From positions 1,529,120-1,593,119 of the forward strand of contig JBKTKJ010000001.1 of assembly GCA_047242425.1 (NCBI GenBank): a DNA stretch of 64,000 nucleotides, written 5' to 3'. This DNA is from Eubacterium sp. (GTDB lineage Bacteria > Bacillota > Clostridia > Lachnospirales > Lachnospiraceae). The translations under genes and the position numbers were made by a program. The notes under the pieces were generated by a model that worked only from the letters and a program-made list of their open reading frames with translations, did not search any database and had not been told where the DNA came from. Below, piece by piece: positions 10,065 to 20,442 of this stretch. Within the stretch, counting starts at the first letter, position 1. Each line of letters starts with the position of its first letter.

Positions 10065-11294
10065 TTAATTTTTTGTGATTTCTTCTAACATATTTTCGGC
10101 AAATATTCCATAACCCTTTGTTGGATTATTTACCATCACATGTGTCACAGCACCGATAATCTTTCCGTTTTGTATAATGGGGCACCCACTCATTCCCTGC
10201 ACAATTCCGTTGGTTTTCTCCAAAAGTTTTTTATCTGTTATTTCTATCACAAGATTCTTTTCCTTAATATTATAATGAATTTCTTCAATATTGATATCAT
10301 ATCTGTTTATTTTTCCGTCGATTATAAACTGTATCTGTGCTGCTCCTTTTTTTATTTCAGAATGCAGCCCCATTTCCATTTTCTGAAATTTATAATCATT
10401 AACCATAGTGTGATCCACCGTTCCAAAAAGTCCGCAATTGGTATTTGCTGAAATCTGACCCACAACATTCTGTTCGTTATATGCAATTGTCCCGCAAAGT
10501 CCTCCTGGTTTTCCTTTTTCTCCTTTTTTTATTCCCCATATACTGGCATTATATATGGTTCCGTTATTGGATGACAAAAGTTTTCCAGTGTCAATATCAC
10601 TGATTCCATGACCCAATGCAGAAAATTTATTATCTTCTGTAATAAATGTCATAGTTCCTATTCCCTGTGAGTCATCCCTGACCCATATCCCCAGCATATA
10701 TTCTCCTTCACTATTTTTTACCGGTTTAACTGTGATCTTTCTAATGGCATCCTCCCCCTTTATGGTAAGCGTCACGTTTTTATCTCCATTTTCATTAATT
10801 AAATAAGACAACTGGGCTTTATTGCTCACAGCGATTCCATTAAACCCGGTAATATATTCCCCGGCATTTACTTTTCCTTTTGCAGGAGAACTTTTTTCGC
10901 CTTTTTCATTTAGTAATTCTCCCGAATTTATAATCATTACTCCTTGAGTTTTCAAATACATTCCTATGGGAAGTCCAACCGGATAAACATATGTTTTATC
11001 TACCACTTTAACTTTAGTTTTCTTTAAAGAAATTATTCCAAATAATTTGTATTTACCTTCATAATTTCCTGTATCGCCTGAATAAATGTTATTTTTGCCT
11101 GAAAGATTAATTTTGTTATTATTTTCTACATCAAGAGATACCGGCATTGAAAATTCATATTTAGTTACCTGATTGGAATTCACAAAAATAGTGTTGGGAA
11201 GATTATCATTAACATACAAAATTCCCGAAACAATAATAATCAGCAGCGCAATTAGTATAGATGCCACCAAACATTTTCTATATTTTTTTCTCAT
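10065..11294 (-). CDS. spoIVB: stage IV sporulation protein B (S55 signalling peptidase)
   Basis: 409 aa. N-terminal TM, PDZ-like middle, catalytic region GMSGCPIIQNGKIIGAVTHVMVNNPTKGYGIFAENM. Conserved position after recN. Confidence 0.92.
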   Translation of the reverse strand: MRKKYRKCLVASILIALLIIIVSGILYVNDNLPNTIFVNSNQVTKYEFSMPVSLDVENNNKINLSGKNNIYSGDTGNYEGKYKLFGIISLKKTKVKVVDKTYVYPVGLPIGMYLKTQGVMIINSGELLNEKGEKSSPAKGKVNAGEYITGFNGIAVSNKAQLSYLINENGDKNVTLTIKGEDAIRKITVKPVKNSEGEYMLGIWVRDDSQGIGTMTFITEDNKFSALGHGISDIDTGKLLSSNNGTIYNASIWGIKKGEKGKPGGLCGTIAYNEQNVVGQISANTNCGLFGTVDHTMVNDYKFQKMEMGLHSEIKKGAAQIQFIIDGKINRYDINIEEIHYNIKEKNLVIEITDKKLLEKTNGIVQGMSGCPIIQNGKIIGAVTHVMVNNPTKGYGIFAENMLEEITKN

Positions 11295-11318
11295 AATAAA
11301 ACCTCCCTTATAGACGTT

Positions 11319-11346
11319 AAAAAGGAAGACTTTCGTCCTCCTTTTT
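11319..11346 (-). terminator. terminator after recN
   Basis: aaaaaggaagac-tttc-gtcctccttttt (12-bp stem, 1 mismatch). T-run follows on the minus strand. Confidence 0.6.
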
Positions 11347-11367
11347 AATATGTGTAATATATTTTGT

Positions 11368-13056
11368 TTAAACCAAGTTACATTTTGTTCTATCTGCCAT
11401 ATCTTTCATTTCTGTCGCATGAATGATTGCCGCATCTGTAACTTCACTTCCTCCGTTGATTCTAATTAATTCCTTAATACTTTCCTGCCTGTCCAGTTTG
11501 TAAACATTGGTAGTAGTAGAATTATCTTCCGCAGTCTTTTCTATCAAATAATGACTGTCTGCCATTGCTGCAATCTGCGCCAGATGGGAAATACATATAA
11601 CCTGATGGTTCCGGCTGATTTTTGCCAATTTTTCTGCCACCATCCGGGCTGTTTTTCCACTGATACCCGTGTCGATTTCATCAAAAATCAATGTATCAAT
11701 ATCATCTTCCTGCGCAAGAATTGATTTAATTGCCAGCATAATACGGGACAATTCTCCACCTGATGCAACCTTTGCCAATGATTTCAAAGGCTCTCCCGGA
11801 TTGGTCGAAATTAAAAATTCAATATTATCATATCCGTTCTCTGTAATTTTATCCTTTTTTGTAATCTGAATCTTGAAATCAACAGATAAAAAATTCAAAT
11901 CAATTAATGCATTTTTAACAAGTTCTTCTAATTTTTTAGCAGCCTTTATACGATTTTCAGATAACTCTCTGCTCAACTGTTCTAAAATTTCTTTCGATTT
12001 TTTTATTTCAAAATTAATTTTTTCAATTTCATTATTATAATTATTTAACTTATCCAGATAATTTTGTTTTTCTTGCTTATATTCAATAATTTTTTCAATG
12101 GATTGACCATATTTCAATTTCAGATGATTAATAGTATCCAAACGATTCTCAACTTCATAAACATATTCCGGATTAAACTCCAACTCTCTGTTATAATCAT
12201 AAATCTGTGTGGTCAGATCCCTGCACAAAGCATCAATATCATAAAGTACATTCTTAAATTCATCAACTTTTTTGTCAAGTCCCTGAAGCTGATTCATGTC
12301 CATAATAGCTCTATTAATGATTGCACCAACTCCCTCATCAGATTCATAATTGAAAGCATTATAAACAGAGGAAAGGGTTGTTGCGATTTCCCTGCCATTA
12401 GACAGTTTTTTAAATTCTTCCTCCAGTTCCCTGTCTTCGCCAATACGAAGATTGGCAGATTCTATTTCATTTATTTCATATTCAGCAAATTCAATCTCTC
12501 TTGCTCTTTTCCCCTCATCTATATCATACTCTTCTAACTTCTTTTTTAAACATAAATAATTGGAATATTCTGCTTTTAACTTCAATAAAATATCAGAAAT
12601 TCCATCCTTTGCAAATTTATCCAAAATAACCAGATGATTATTTGTATATAACAGTGATTGATGATCATGCTGCCCATGAATATCCACAAGTAATCCCATT
12701 ACCTGTTTTAATGTTTTTATATTTACCGTTTCTCCATTAATTTTTGATACACTTCGTCCTTCGGAAATTTTTCTGGTAACTGTTACGGTTCTGTCATCAT
12801 CCATATAAATATCCAGAAGTTTCAGTTGTTCTGCACATTGTCTGCCGGCAGAAAAAGTCAGCTCCACCAGCGAATAATCACTTCCGGTTCTTATTAATTC
12901 TTTTGATGTCTTATTTCCCAATGCAATATTTACTGACCCAAGAATCAATGATTTTCCTGCACCTGTCTCACCTGTAAGCACAATCAGACCATTCGTAAAA
13001 TCCACATCCACTTCTTTTATAAGTGCCAGATTTTTTACATGTAAATTAAGTAACAT
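11368..13056 (-). CDS. recN: DNA repair protein RecN
   Basis: 562 aa. Walker A GETGAGKS, long coiled coil, C-terminal SGGELSRIMLAIK and LIFDEIDTGISG. Confidence 0.95.
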   Translation of the reverse strand: MLLNLHVKNLALIKEVDVDFTNGLIVLTGETGAGKSLILGSVNIALGNKTSKELIRTGSDYSLVELTFSAGRQCAEQLKLLDIYMDDDRTVTVTRKISEGRSVSKINGETVNIKTLKQVMGLLVDIHGQHDHQSLLYTNNHLVILDKFAKDGISDILLKLKAEYSNYLCLKKKLEEYDIDEGKRAREIEFAEYEINEIESANLRIGEDRELEEEFKKLSNGREIATTLSSVYNAFNYESDEGVGAIINRAIMDMNQLQGLDKKVDEFKNVLYDIDALCRDLTTQIYDYNRELEFNPEYVYEVENRLDTINHLKLKYGQSIEKIIEYKQEKQNYLDKLNNYNNEIEKINFEIKKSKEILEQLSRELSENRIKAAKKLEELVKNALIDLNFLSVDFKIQITKKDKITENGYDNIEFLISTNPGEPLKSLAKVASGGELSRIMLAIKSILAQEDDIDTLIFDEIDTGISGKTARMVAEKLAKISRNHQVICISHLAQIAAMADSHYLIEKTAEDNSTTTNVYKLDRQESIKELIRINGGSEVTDAAIIHATEMKDMADRTKCNLV

Positions 13057-13085
13057 ACTTCCTCCTTTTTGTGCCTCTTCTTATA

Positions 13086-13535
13086 TTAATTCATATAATT
13101 CTCCAAGTACTCTTTTACTTTTTCGCAATCGTCTGCATTTTTTACCACACACATAATGGTGTCATCTCCTGCAATACACCCCACGATTTCTTTTATATTT
13201 ATGGCATCCAAAGCTGCACCTACTGCCATAGCCATTCCTGAAACTGTCTTAATGACAAGAATATTACCAGCGGTTTCAACGGATAAAATACCATCATTTA
13301 GCACCCTCATAAACTTACTGTTGGGAACAATCATTGTGCTGTTAGGAACAACATATTTCTGTTTCCCGCTTCTTGTCTGAACTTTCGTCAAATTTAATTC
13401 CCTTATATCTCTGGAAACTGTGGCCTGTGTCACGGCAAATCCTTTGTTAATTAATAAATTAGCCAGTTCCTCCTGCGTTTCTATGTCATAATTAGAAATT
13501 AACTCTATAATTTTTCTCTGTCTTCGCGTTTTCAA
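13086..13535 (-). CDS. argR: arginine repressor
   Basis: 149 aa with wHTH (QEELANLLINKGFAVTQATVSRDIREL) and C-terminal GDDTIM motif. Start is TTG with AGGAGAG upstream. Confidence 0.92.
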   Translation of the reverse strand: MKTRRQRKIIELISNYDIETQEELANLLINKGFAVTQATVSRDIRELNLTKVQTRSGKQKYVVPNSTMIVPNSKFMRVLNDGILSVETAGNILVIKTVSGMAMAVGAALDAINIKEIVGCIAGDDTIMCVVKNADDCEKVKEYLENYMN

Positions 13536-13554
13536 AAAAATCTCTCCTATCTAA

Positions 13555-14412
13555 CTAATTTCCCAATTTATCTTTAATCACCTGCAAAAAGCTTCCCTCA
13601 TCCAGCTTTGCGATTTCTGTAGTCTCTAAAGCTTCACTGATTCTTATTCTATCCCCCGAAACAATATTAAAAATGCCATCACCATCAAATGCCAGTTTTC
13701 TGTGTTCTTCTCCCGGTTTTTTGCACGCTCCCACTTCCACTTCTATTTCATCATTTCTCGAAAGCAGTATGCTTCTTGTACTAATTGTGTGAGGACAGAT
13801 TGGAGTTACAATAATCATATGAGAGTCCGGTCTTGCCACAGGTCCCCCCGCCGATAAATTATATGCTGTAGAGCCTGTGGGTGTAGACAAAATAATACCA
13901 TCTGCCGCATATGTACTGAGAAGCTGGCCATTTACATAAACATTATAAGCAGACATAGCAATATCACCACCTCTGTGTATCACAATATCATTTAACACGG
14001 TAGCCCGGTAAACAACATTTCCGTTTCTGATTACCTGACCCTTTAGCATCATCCGGGATTCCACATTAAATTCATCCTGAAGCAGTTTATCCAATGCCGT
14101 TTCTAATTCTTCCGGAGAAATTTCAGCAAGAAACCCCAGCGTCCCCTTATTAACGCCTACAAACACCACGTCCAGTTCCAAAAGATCCTTGGCTGCGTGA
14201 AGCAGTGTTCCATCTCCTCCTATTGTGATAATACATTCCAGATTATCAGATAATTTCTCTGCTTTTATCACTTTGTACTCACCGGTGTTGCCATCTACAT
14301 TATTCTTTATCGTACACACTCCGCCTGCCTGTCTAATATATTCAGCAATTTTTTTCGCCAGTTTTTCTTTTTCATCTTTATAACTGTTGGTTACAATACA
14401 AAAATTTTTCAT
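13555..14412 (-). CDS. nadK: NAD(+) kinase
   Basis: 285 aa with GGDGTLL motif and STPTGSTAYNLSAGGP. Confidence 0.93.
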   Translation of the reverse strand: MKNFCIVTNSYKDEKEKLAKKIAEYIRQAGGVCTIKNNVDGNTGEYKVIKAEKLSDNLECIITIGGDGTLLHAAKDLLELDVVFVGVNKGTLGFLAEISPEELETALDKLLQDEFNVESRMMLKGQVIRNGNVVYRATVLNDIVIHRGGDIAMSAYNVYVNGQLLSTYAADGIILSTPTGSTAYNLSAGGPVARPDSHMIIVTPICPHTISTRSILLSRNDEIEVEVGACKKPGEEHRKLAFDGDGIFNIVSGDRIRISEALETTEIAKLDEGSFLQVIKDKLGN

Positions 14413-14426
14413 AGAGTCAGCACCTC

Positions 14427-15233
14427 TTACTTATCCAAAGTTATATGGGAATCTTCCACTACCTGTTCTGCATCCACAGGATTATCCTGATATGTATCAT
14501 CTGAATGATTCTGAAGATACAAAAGATACTCTATATTTCCTTCCGGTCCCTTTACCGGAGAAAAATCCAGATTAAGAATTTCAAAACCGATACTTTTTGC
14601 ATAATCAATCACTTTTTCTATCACCTGAACATGTATCTTCTTATCTCTTACAACACCCTTTTTTCCCACATTTTCTCTTCCTGCTTCAAACTGGGGTTTT
14701 ATCAGACACACAAGCTGCCCATCAGGTGATAAAAGATTTTTGACCGGAAGTAAAACCTTTGTCAGGGAAATGAACGAAACATCAATAGAGGCAAAGTCTA
14801 TAACTTCATCAATATCTTCAGGAGTGACATACCGGATATTAGTTCTGTCCATGCATATTACCCGCTCATCCTGAACTAACTTCCACGCCAGTTGTCCATG
14901 TCCCACATCCACCGAATATACTTTTACTGCCCCATTTTGCAGCATACAATCCGTAAATCCTCCTGTGGATGCACCAACATCCATGCAGACTTTTTTGTCA
15001 ATTTCCACGCCAAATGCTTCCATTGCCTTTTCCAGTTTAAGGCCTCCCCGGCTTACATATCTTAAAGTTTTACCTCTGACCTCTATATTAACCTTTTCAT
15101 CAAAGAAAGTACCTGCCTTGTCCTCCCTCTCGTTATCCACAAAAACAATACCACTCATAATAATAGCTTTGGCTTTTTCTCTGGAAGGAGCAAGTCCTCT
15201 CTGTACAAGTAAAACATCTAATCTTTCTTTCAT
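14427..15233 (-). CDS. tlyA: TlyA family rRNA (cytidine-2'-O)-methyltransferase
   Basis: 268 aa. S4 domain (RLDVLLVQRGLAPSREKAKAII) plus FtsJ-like MTase (DVGASTGGFTD). Confidence 0.9.
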   Translation of the reverse strand: MKERLDVLLVQRGLAPSREKAKAIIMSGIVFVDNEREDKAGTFFDEKVNIEVRGKTLRYVSRGGLKLEKAMEAFGVEIDKKVCMDVGASTGGFTDCMLQNGAVKVYSVDVGHGQLAWKLVQDERVICMDRTNIRYVTPEDIDEVIDFASIDVSFISLTKVLLPVKNLLSPDGQLVCLIKPQFEAGRENVGKKGVVRDKKIHVQVIEKVIDYAKSIGFEILNLDFSPVKGPEGNIEYLLYLQNHSDDTYQDNPVDAEQVVEDSHITLDK

Positions 15234-17095
15234 TTCGCTAATTCTAATACCTTTTCATAAATATTTCTATAACTTATTCCAATACATTCTCTCAGGGCAT
15301 CTACGCTTCCCTGCTCTACAAAAACATCATCAATTGCCATAACGCAGACATCGGTTTTTAATTTTTTTTCAGCAATAAATGCTTCAATACTTTCACCGTA
15401 TCCACCCTTTTTTATGCCCTCCTCGATTACAATGATATGTTCATGTTTCTTTGCTGTTTTAAAAATTATATCATAATCTATGGGTTTCACGAACCTTGCA
15501 TTAATTAATGTAGGAAAAACGTTCTCCTTTGCAAGCATGTCTACTGCTTTTATGGTTTCCTCCACCATATTTCCCACAGAAATCAGGGCAACCTTTTCTC
15601 CCTCTCTGACAATCTCACTTTTTCCGTATGCAAAAACATGGTCTTTTTCCTCTAATCCTGCATATGCCACACCCCTTGCAAATCTGATTGCTACCGGTCC
15701 GTCATGATTTTCAGCAAATTTCATGGCTTCGATCAGTTCTCTGATATCTTTTGGGGCAATAATTGTCATATTAGGCATTGCCGCCATAAAAGACATGTCA
15801 AAGATCCCCTGATGCGTCTCTCCGTCTTTTCCTACCAGGCCGGCTCTGTCAAAAATAAAGGTAACCGGAAGGTTTTGAAGACATACATCATGTAAAATCT
15901 GATCATATGCCCTCTGATAAAAAGAGGAATAAATTGAAACAACAGGTTTTAATCCTGATGCGGCAAGCCCTGCAGCAAATGTAACAGCATGTTCTTCCGC
16001 AATTCCCACATCAAAAAAACGATCCGGAAATGCTTTTTGAAATCTTGACAGACCTGTGCCATCAGGCATTGCTGCTGTAATAGCAACAATTTTATCATTG
16101 TTTTCTGCCATTCTGACAAGGGTATTTGAAAACACATCCGTATATGTCATGGCACCGGTTCTTTCCATCTCTAAGCCTGTTTCTTTATCAAAAGGATTAA
16201 TACCATGAAATTTTGACGGATTCTCCTCAGCATACTTATATCCTTTTCCTTTTATGGTCTTTACATGGATTACAATCGGATGATCAATTTTTAATGCATT
16301 ATCAAATATAGTGATTAATTCATTCAGATTATGTCCGTCAACAGGTCCAATATAAGTAATTCCCAAATCATCAAAAAGTCCCCCGGGAATTATTAAATTT
16401 TTCAAATTATCTTTCGTTCTTTTTACTCTTCTTACCAATTTTTTCCCGATTTTAGGAATTTTGCTTAATGAATTTTCCACATCTATCTTGAAATCGTTAT
16501 AATGTTCTCCCACCCTCAGTTTATTCAGATAGTTGGACATACTTCCCACATTTTCAGAAATAGACATATTGTTATCATTTAAAACAATCACAAAATTCCT
16601 GTTAAGGGAAGCCACATTGTTCAAAGCCTCCAATGCCATTCCACCGGTTAAGGCTCCATCTCCGATAACTGCCACAACTTTTCCATCACTGCCATTTAAC
16701 TGATTGGCGGTTGCCATTCCCAATGCAGCTGAAATGGATGTGGAACTATGTCCTGTATCAAAGCTGTCGCAGTCGCTCTCATGCCTTTTTGGAAATCCAC
16801 TAAGTCCGCCCCTTTGGCGTAAATGTTCAAATTGATTTTTTCTGCCAGTAAGTATTTTGTGCGTATAGGACTGATGCCCTACATCCCACACAATTTTATC
16901 TTTCGGTAAATTCAATACTGTATGAAGGGCCATAGTGAGTTCCACCGCCCCCAGATTAGACGCAAGATGCCCGCCTGTTTTGCTTACGGAATCAATCAAA
17001 AATTCCCTTATTTCCTCTGCCAGACAGGGATAATATTTTACCGGAATCTTTTTTATATCATTTGGTTGTTTTATCTGCTCTAATAGTTTACTCAT
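15230..17095 (-). CDS. dxs: 1-deoxy-D-xylulose-5-phosphate synthase
   Basis: 621 aa. GHLASNLGAVELT, TPP motif GDGALTGGMALEALN, transketolase-like C-terminus. Confidence 0.96.
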   Translation of the reverse strand: MSKLLEQIKQPNDIKKIPVKYYPCLAEEIREFLIDSVSKTGGHLASNLGAVELTMALHTVLNLPKDKIVWDVGHQSYTHKILTGRKNQFEHLRQRGGLSGFPKRHESDCDSFDTGHSSTSISAALGMATANQLNGSDGKVVAVIGDGALTGGMALEALNNVASLNRNFVIVLNDNNMSISENVGSMSNYLNKLRVGEHYNDFKIDVENSLSKIPKIGKKLVRRVKRTKDNLKNLIIPGGLFDDLGITYIGPVDGHNLNELITIFDNALKIDHPIVIHVKTIKGKGYKYAEENPSKFHGINPFDKETGLEMERTGAMTYTDVFSNTLVRMAENNDKIVAITAAMPDGTGLSRFQKAFPDRFFDVGIAEEHAVTFAAGLAASGLKPVVSIYSSFYQRAYDQILHDVCLQNLPVTFIFDRAGLVGKDGETHQGIFDMSFMAAMPNMTIIAPKDIRELIEAMKFAENHDGPVAIRFARGVAYAGLEEKDHVFAYGKSEIVREGEKVALISVGNMVEETIKAVDMLAKENVFPTLINARFVKPIDYDIIFKTAKKHEHIIVIEEGIKKGGYGESIEAFIAEKKLKTDVCVMAIDDVFVEQGSVDALRECIGISYRNIYEKVLELAK

Positions 17096-17992
17096 TTATT
17101 TCTCTCTGCTCATTAATTTAACAATTAATCTTTTTAAAAATTCATTATTATAATCTAAACATTCCAGCAGGGTGACTGCTTGATGAGAATAACTTTCTAC
17201 CTGCTTTTTAGATTCTTCTATCCCCATTAATGTAACATAAGTTGACTTATTGTTTTTTTCGTCACTGTGCACAGGCTTTCCAAGCACTTCCATTGTGCTC
17301 GTCACATCAAGAATATCATCCTGAATCTGAAACGCAATTCCAACATTATATGCAATCTCTTCTATTATTTTAACTTGGTCTTCTGTTGCTCCTGCAAGCA
17401 CTGCACCTGCCATCATAGAACCTTCAATCAATGCAGCGGTCTTTAACTTGTGAATAAATTGAATTGTATCAATATCAATTTTTTTCCCTTCATTGAAAAC
17501 ATCTACCGTTTGTCCGCCAATCATACCATATATCCCTGCCTTTGCTGCAATAATTTTCATTGCCTTTGCAGCACTGACAGGATTTTTGCTATTTACAACC
17601 CCTTCACTCATAACTTCATAGGCTAAATTCAAAAGTCCGTCACCGGCAAGAATTCCCATGGCTTCTCCGTATACGGCATGGGTGGTCTTTCTTCCGCGCC
17701 TGTACATATCATTATCCATTGCGGGCAGATCATCATGAACCAATGAATATGTATGAATCATTTCCATTGCCGCCATAAAAGGATAAGCTTCCAATTCATC
17801 ACCTTCAAACAATCTCAAAGTTTCAAGAATCAGCATTGGACGAAGTCTTTTTCCTCCAGATCTGAGGCTATAATTCACGGCCTCTATAATAATTTTCTGC
17901 AGACCTTCTTCTTTTGGACAAAATTTATATATAATATTCTGAACATATTCCGTTCTTTCTTTCAACTGATTTTCAAAATTATTCATTTTCAT
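17096..17992 (-). CDS. ispA: (2E,6E)-farnesyl diphosphate synthase / polyprenyl synthetase
   Basis: 298 aa with first and second Asp-rich motifs (LVHDDLPAMDNDMYRRG; FQIQDDILD). Confidence 0.9.
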   Translation of the reverse strand: MKMNNFENQLKERTEYVQNIIYKFCPKEEGLQKIIIEAVNYSLRSGGKRLRPMLILETLRLFEGDELEAYPFMAAMEMIHTYSLVHDDLPAMDNDMYRRGRKTTHAVYGEAMGILAGDGLLNLAYEVMSEGVVNSKNPVSAAKAMKIIAAKAGIYGMIGGQTVDVFNEGKKIDIDTIQFIHKLKTAALIEGSMMAGAVLAGATEDQVKIIEEIAYNVGIAFQIQDDILDVTSTMEVLGKPVHSDEKNNKSTYVTLMGIEESKKQVESYSHQAVTLLECLDYNNEFLKRLIVKLMSREK

Positions 17993-18194
17993 TGTCCTCT
18001 TCTAATATTTTAATTTTTCTTTCAATTGTATCGATCTGATGATTACAATTCTGAATCAGCTTTAATCCTTTATTATACAATTCGAAAGACTTGTCAAGTG
18101 TAACCTGCTCCGACTGCATTTCTTTTAAAATATCTTCTATTTCTGCAAAATTCTCTTCTATTGTGTTATTTGAGTTGGAATTATTTTCCACCAT
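17979..18194 (-). CDS. xseB: exodeoxyribonuclease VII small subunit
   Basis: 71 aa helical protein (FAEIEDILKEMQSEQVTLDKSFELYNKGLKL) overlapping the xseA stop. Confidence 0.9.
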   Translation of the reverse strand: MVENNSNSNNTIEENFAEIEDILKEMQSEQVTLDKSFELYNKGLKLIQNCNHQIDTIERKIKILEEDNENE

Positions 18195-19395
18195 TCATAC
18201 CTCCTGTAATGTGGATTACCTTTGCATCAATTTTTCCGTCACTGACAATCAAGGTAATGTTTTCATCTTTTTTAACCTGTTTAACAGTATTGAGGGCTTT
18301 TCCACTTTCATCTGTCACATATGCGAACCCCTTTGAAATTCTGTTAAGAGGTGATAACCCATTTAGTTTTTCTGCATAAATTTCAAGGCTGTGCCGCCTG
18401 TTGTCTAAAATATGGTTAAAACTTTCTGTTAACCTTGTACTTAGATCTGCCGCATATTGTTTTTTACTCGTAAGCTGATTTACCGGACTATATAATTGTA
18501 TGCCTGACTCCAGTTGTTTTATAATACTGCGGTATTTTTCTGTAATACGGCTAATCTGTGACACAAGCATTTGTTTATAATATGCCTGTTTTGCCATAAA
18601 ATCATTATAATCAAACACCGCAAGCTCTGCGGCTGCCGAAGGTGTGGGTGCTCTCATATCTGCCACAAAATCTGCAATTGTGGTGTCTGTCTCGTGCCCT
18701 ACTGCCGAAATAATCGGGGTACTGCATTCAAAAATCGCTTTTGCCACAATTTCTTCATTAAACGCCCAAAGGTCTTCAATGGAGCCTCCGCCTCTGCCCA
18801 CAATAATCACATCCAAATTCATTCTGTCGAGACATCTGATTCCATTAACAATGTCCCTTGCAGCTTCCGCGCCCTGAACAAGAGAAGGATAAAGATAAAG
18901 CTGTACAAAAGGATTTCTTCTGGTGGAAATATTAATAATATCCTGTATCGCCGCCCCTGTCTGTGCTGTGCAGATCCCTATTTTTGTTGCAAAACCCGGA
19001 ATCTGCTTTTTATACATTGGATCGAACAGCCCCATTTCCTCCAATTCTGTCTTTAACTGCTCAAATCTTTGATACAAAAGTCCTGCACCCTCCAGAATAA
19101 TTTCACGGGCATACAACTGATATTTTCCATCTCTCTCATAGACACTGATATTTCCCAGAACTACAACCTTTTGACCTTCTTCCATTTTAAATTTAAGGCC
19201 GCTTCTATTGCCTGCAAACATAATCGCAGAAATAACACCGGTATTATCCTTTAATGTAAAATAGATATGCCCCGATGTATGATATTTGCAATTGCTGACC
19301 TCGCCTTTTACATATATATTGTTTAAGGCAAAGTCCTGACTGAACATGCTTTTTATATAATTGTTAACCTGACCAACTGTATATACAGATGCCAT
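18181..19395 (-). CDS. xseA: exodeoxyribonuclease VII large subunit
   Basis: 404 aa. OB-fold N-terminus (VGQVNNYIK...VKGEVSN), then GRGGGSIEDLWAFN. Confidence 0.95.
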   Translation of the reverse strand: MASVYTVGQVNNYIKSMFSQDFALNNIYVKGEVSNCKYHTSGHIYFTLKDNTGVISAIMFAGNRSGLKFKMEEGQKVVVLGNISVYERDGKYQLYAREIILEGAGLLYQRFEQLKTELEEMGLFDPMYKKQIPGFATKIGICTAQTGAAIQDIINISTRRNPFVQLYLYPSLVQGAEAARDIVNGIRCLDRMNLDVIIVGRGGGSIEDLWAFNEEIVAKAIFECSTPIISAVGHETDTTIADFVADMRAPTPSAAAELAVFDYNDFMAKQAYYKQMLVSQISRITEKYRSIIKQLESGIQLYSPVNQLTSKKQYAADLSTRLTESFNHILDNRRHSLEIYAEKLNGLSPLNRISKGFAYVTDESGKALNTVKQVKKDENITLIVSDGKIDAKVIHITGGMNGGK

Positions 19396-19403
19396 AATGT
19401 CTC

Positions 19404-19799
19404 CTAAAATAATTTTGCTAAAATCCCATTAATAAAAGCCGGCGAATCATCACTGCCATATTTCTTTGCCAGTTCCACTGCCTGATCCACTGCCACTTTT
19501 TCAGGTATCTCCTCATCCACTTTCATTTCATAATAGGCAAGCCTTAAAATTGTCAAATCAACTTTTGACATACGCTCCGTAGTCCAGCCGACCGCCACAT
19601 GATTGATTGCTTCATCAATTTCTTTTATTTTTTTGACAATCCTTTCAACTCTGTTTGAAATATAATCTCTGTCCTCTTGGCTTATATATTCAAGATTATC
19701 CCAAAACAACTCATATTGCCTGACCATGTCCTGTTGATTATGAAATTCATTGCAGTATAATAGTTTAAAGGTATTCTCTCTTAATTTTATTCTGTTCAT
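19404..19799 (-). CDS. nusB: transcription antitermination factor NusB
   Basis: ORF track 19404..19820. ATG at 19797-19799 (MNRIKLRENTFKLLY) has GGAGGAAAC upstream. C-terminal DSPAFINGILAKL. Confidence 0.9.
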   Translation of the reverse strand: MNRIKLRENTFKLLYCNEFHNQQDMVRQYELFWDNLEYISQEDRDYISNRVERIVKKIKEIDEAINHVAVGWTTERMSKVDLTILRLAYYEMKVDEEIPEKVAVDQAVELAKKYGSDDSPAFINGILAKLF

Positions 19800-19865
19800 G
19801 TTTCCTCCAAATATATACATGAAAACCCATATTTAAAAAATTATTTTATTTTTATCATATATGTC

Positions 19866-19890
19866 AAAAAGGGTGTCCTTACAGACACCC
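19866..19890 (-). terminator. terminator after asp23
   Basis: gggtgtc-cttaca-gacaccc stem-loop, followed on the minus strand by TTTTT. Confidence 0.7.
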
Positions 19891-19905
19891 CGGTTTTCAC
19901 CTTGA

Positions 19906-20289
19906 TTAGTTTGTTGCAACACTTGAAATATTAACATTTACATTAACAACTTCCATGCCTGTCATATTTTCAACAGTTGACTTAACCTTATCCTGAACTT
20001 TTTTAGAAATTTCAAGAATATTCTCATTCATTCTAAGGACAATTGACAAATCAATCATAACATTATGCTCTGCCACATCTACTCTGACGCCCTTTGACAA
20101 CTTTTTCATTCCAAGTTTTGAGACAAGTTCTGCCGTGATATTACCTGCCATTGCCACAACTCCTTCAACTTCCATGGCAGCCATGGCTGATATGACAGCA
20201 AGTACATCATCACTAATCTGAACTTCTCCTAAATTACTATTATCATGTATTTTATAAGTGTTTCTATTTTCATTTCTCTGAGTATCCAT
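19906..20289 (-). CDS. Asp23/Gls24 family envelope stress protein
   Basis: 127 aa with Asp23 pattern (ISDDVLAVISAMAAMEVEGVVAM...), at the usual position upstream of nusB. Confidence 0.88.
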   Translation of the reverse strand: MDTQRNENRNTYKIHDNSNLGEVQISDDVLAVISAMAAMEVEGVVAMAGNITAELVSKLGMKKLSKGVRVDVAEHNVMIDLSIVLRMNENILEISKKVQDKVKSTVENMTGMEVVNVNVNISSVATN

Positions 20290-20380
20290 TTAAATACCTC
20301 CTAACAGACATAATCTTTTGGTAATTATATCATTAAACCCCTTTTTTTACAACTCCAAACCTTTGGCGTTAAAAGATATA

Positions 20381-20409
20381 AAAACAGGATAGTTAAACTA
20401 TCCTGTTTT
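20381..20409 (-). terminator. terminator after ABC permease
   Basis: aaacaggatagtt-a-aactatcctgttt near-perfect palindrome followed on the minus strand by TTTTTAT. Confidence 0.7.
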
Positions 20410-20442
20410 ATACTGTCAGTATTATAAATAAAATTGGAAGAT

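Noticed and set aside
12064-12537. 157-aa plus-strand ORF inside recN
   Set aside because: It is antisense to a confidently identified gene. The product is low-complexity and F/I/N-rich, typical of AT-rich antisense frames.
18571-19056. 161-aa plus-strand ORF inside xseA
   Set aside because: Antisense to xseA, Cys/Arg-rich nonsense composition, no SD.
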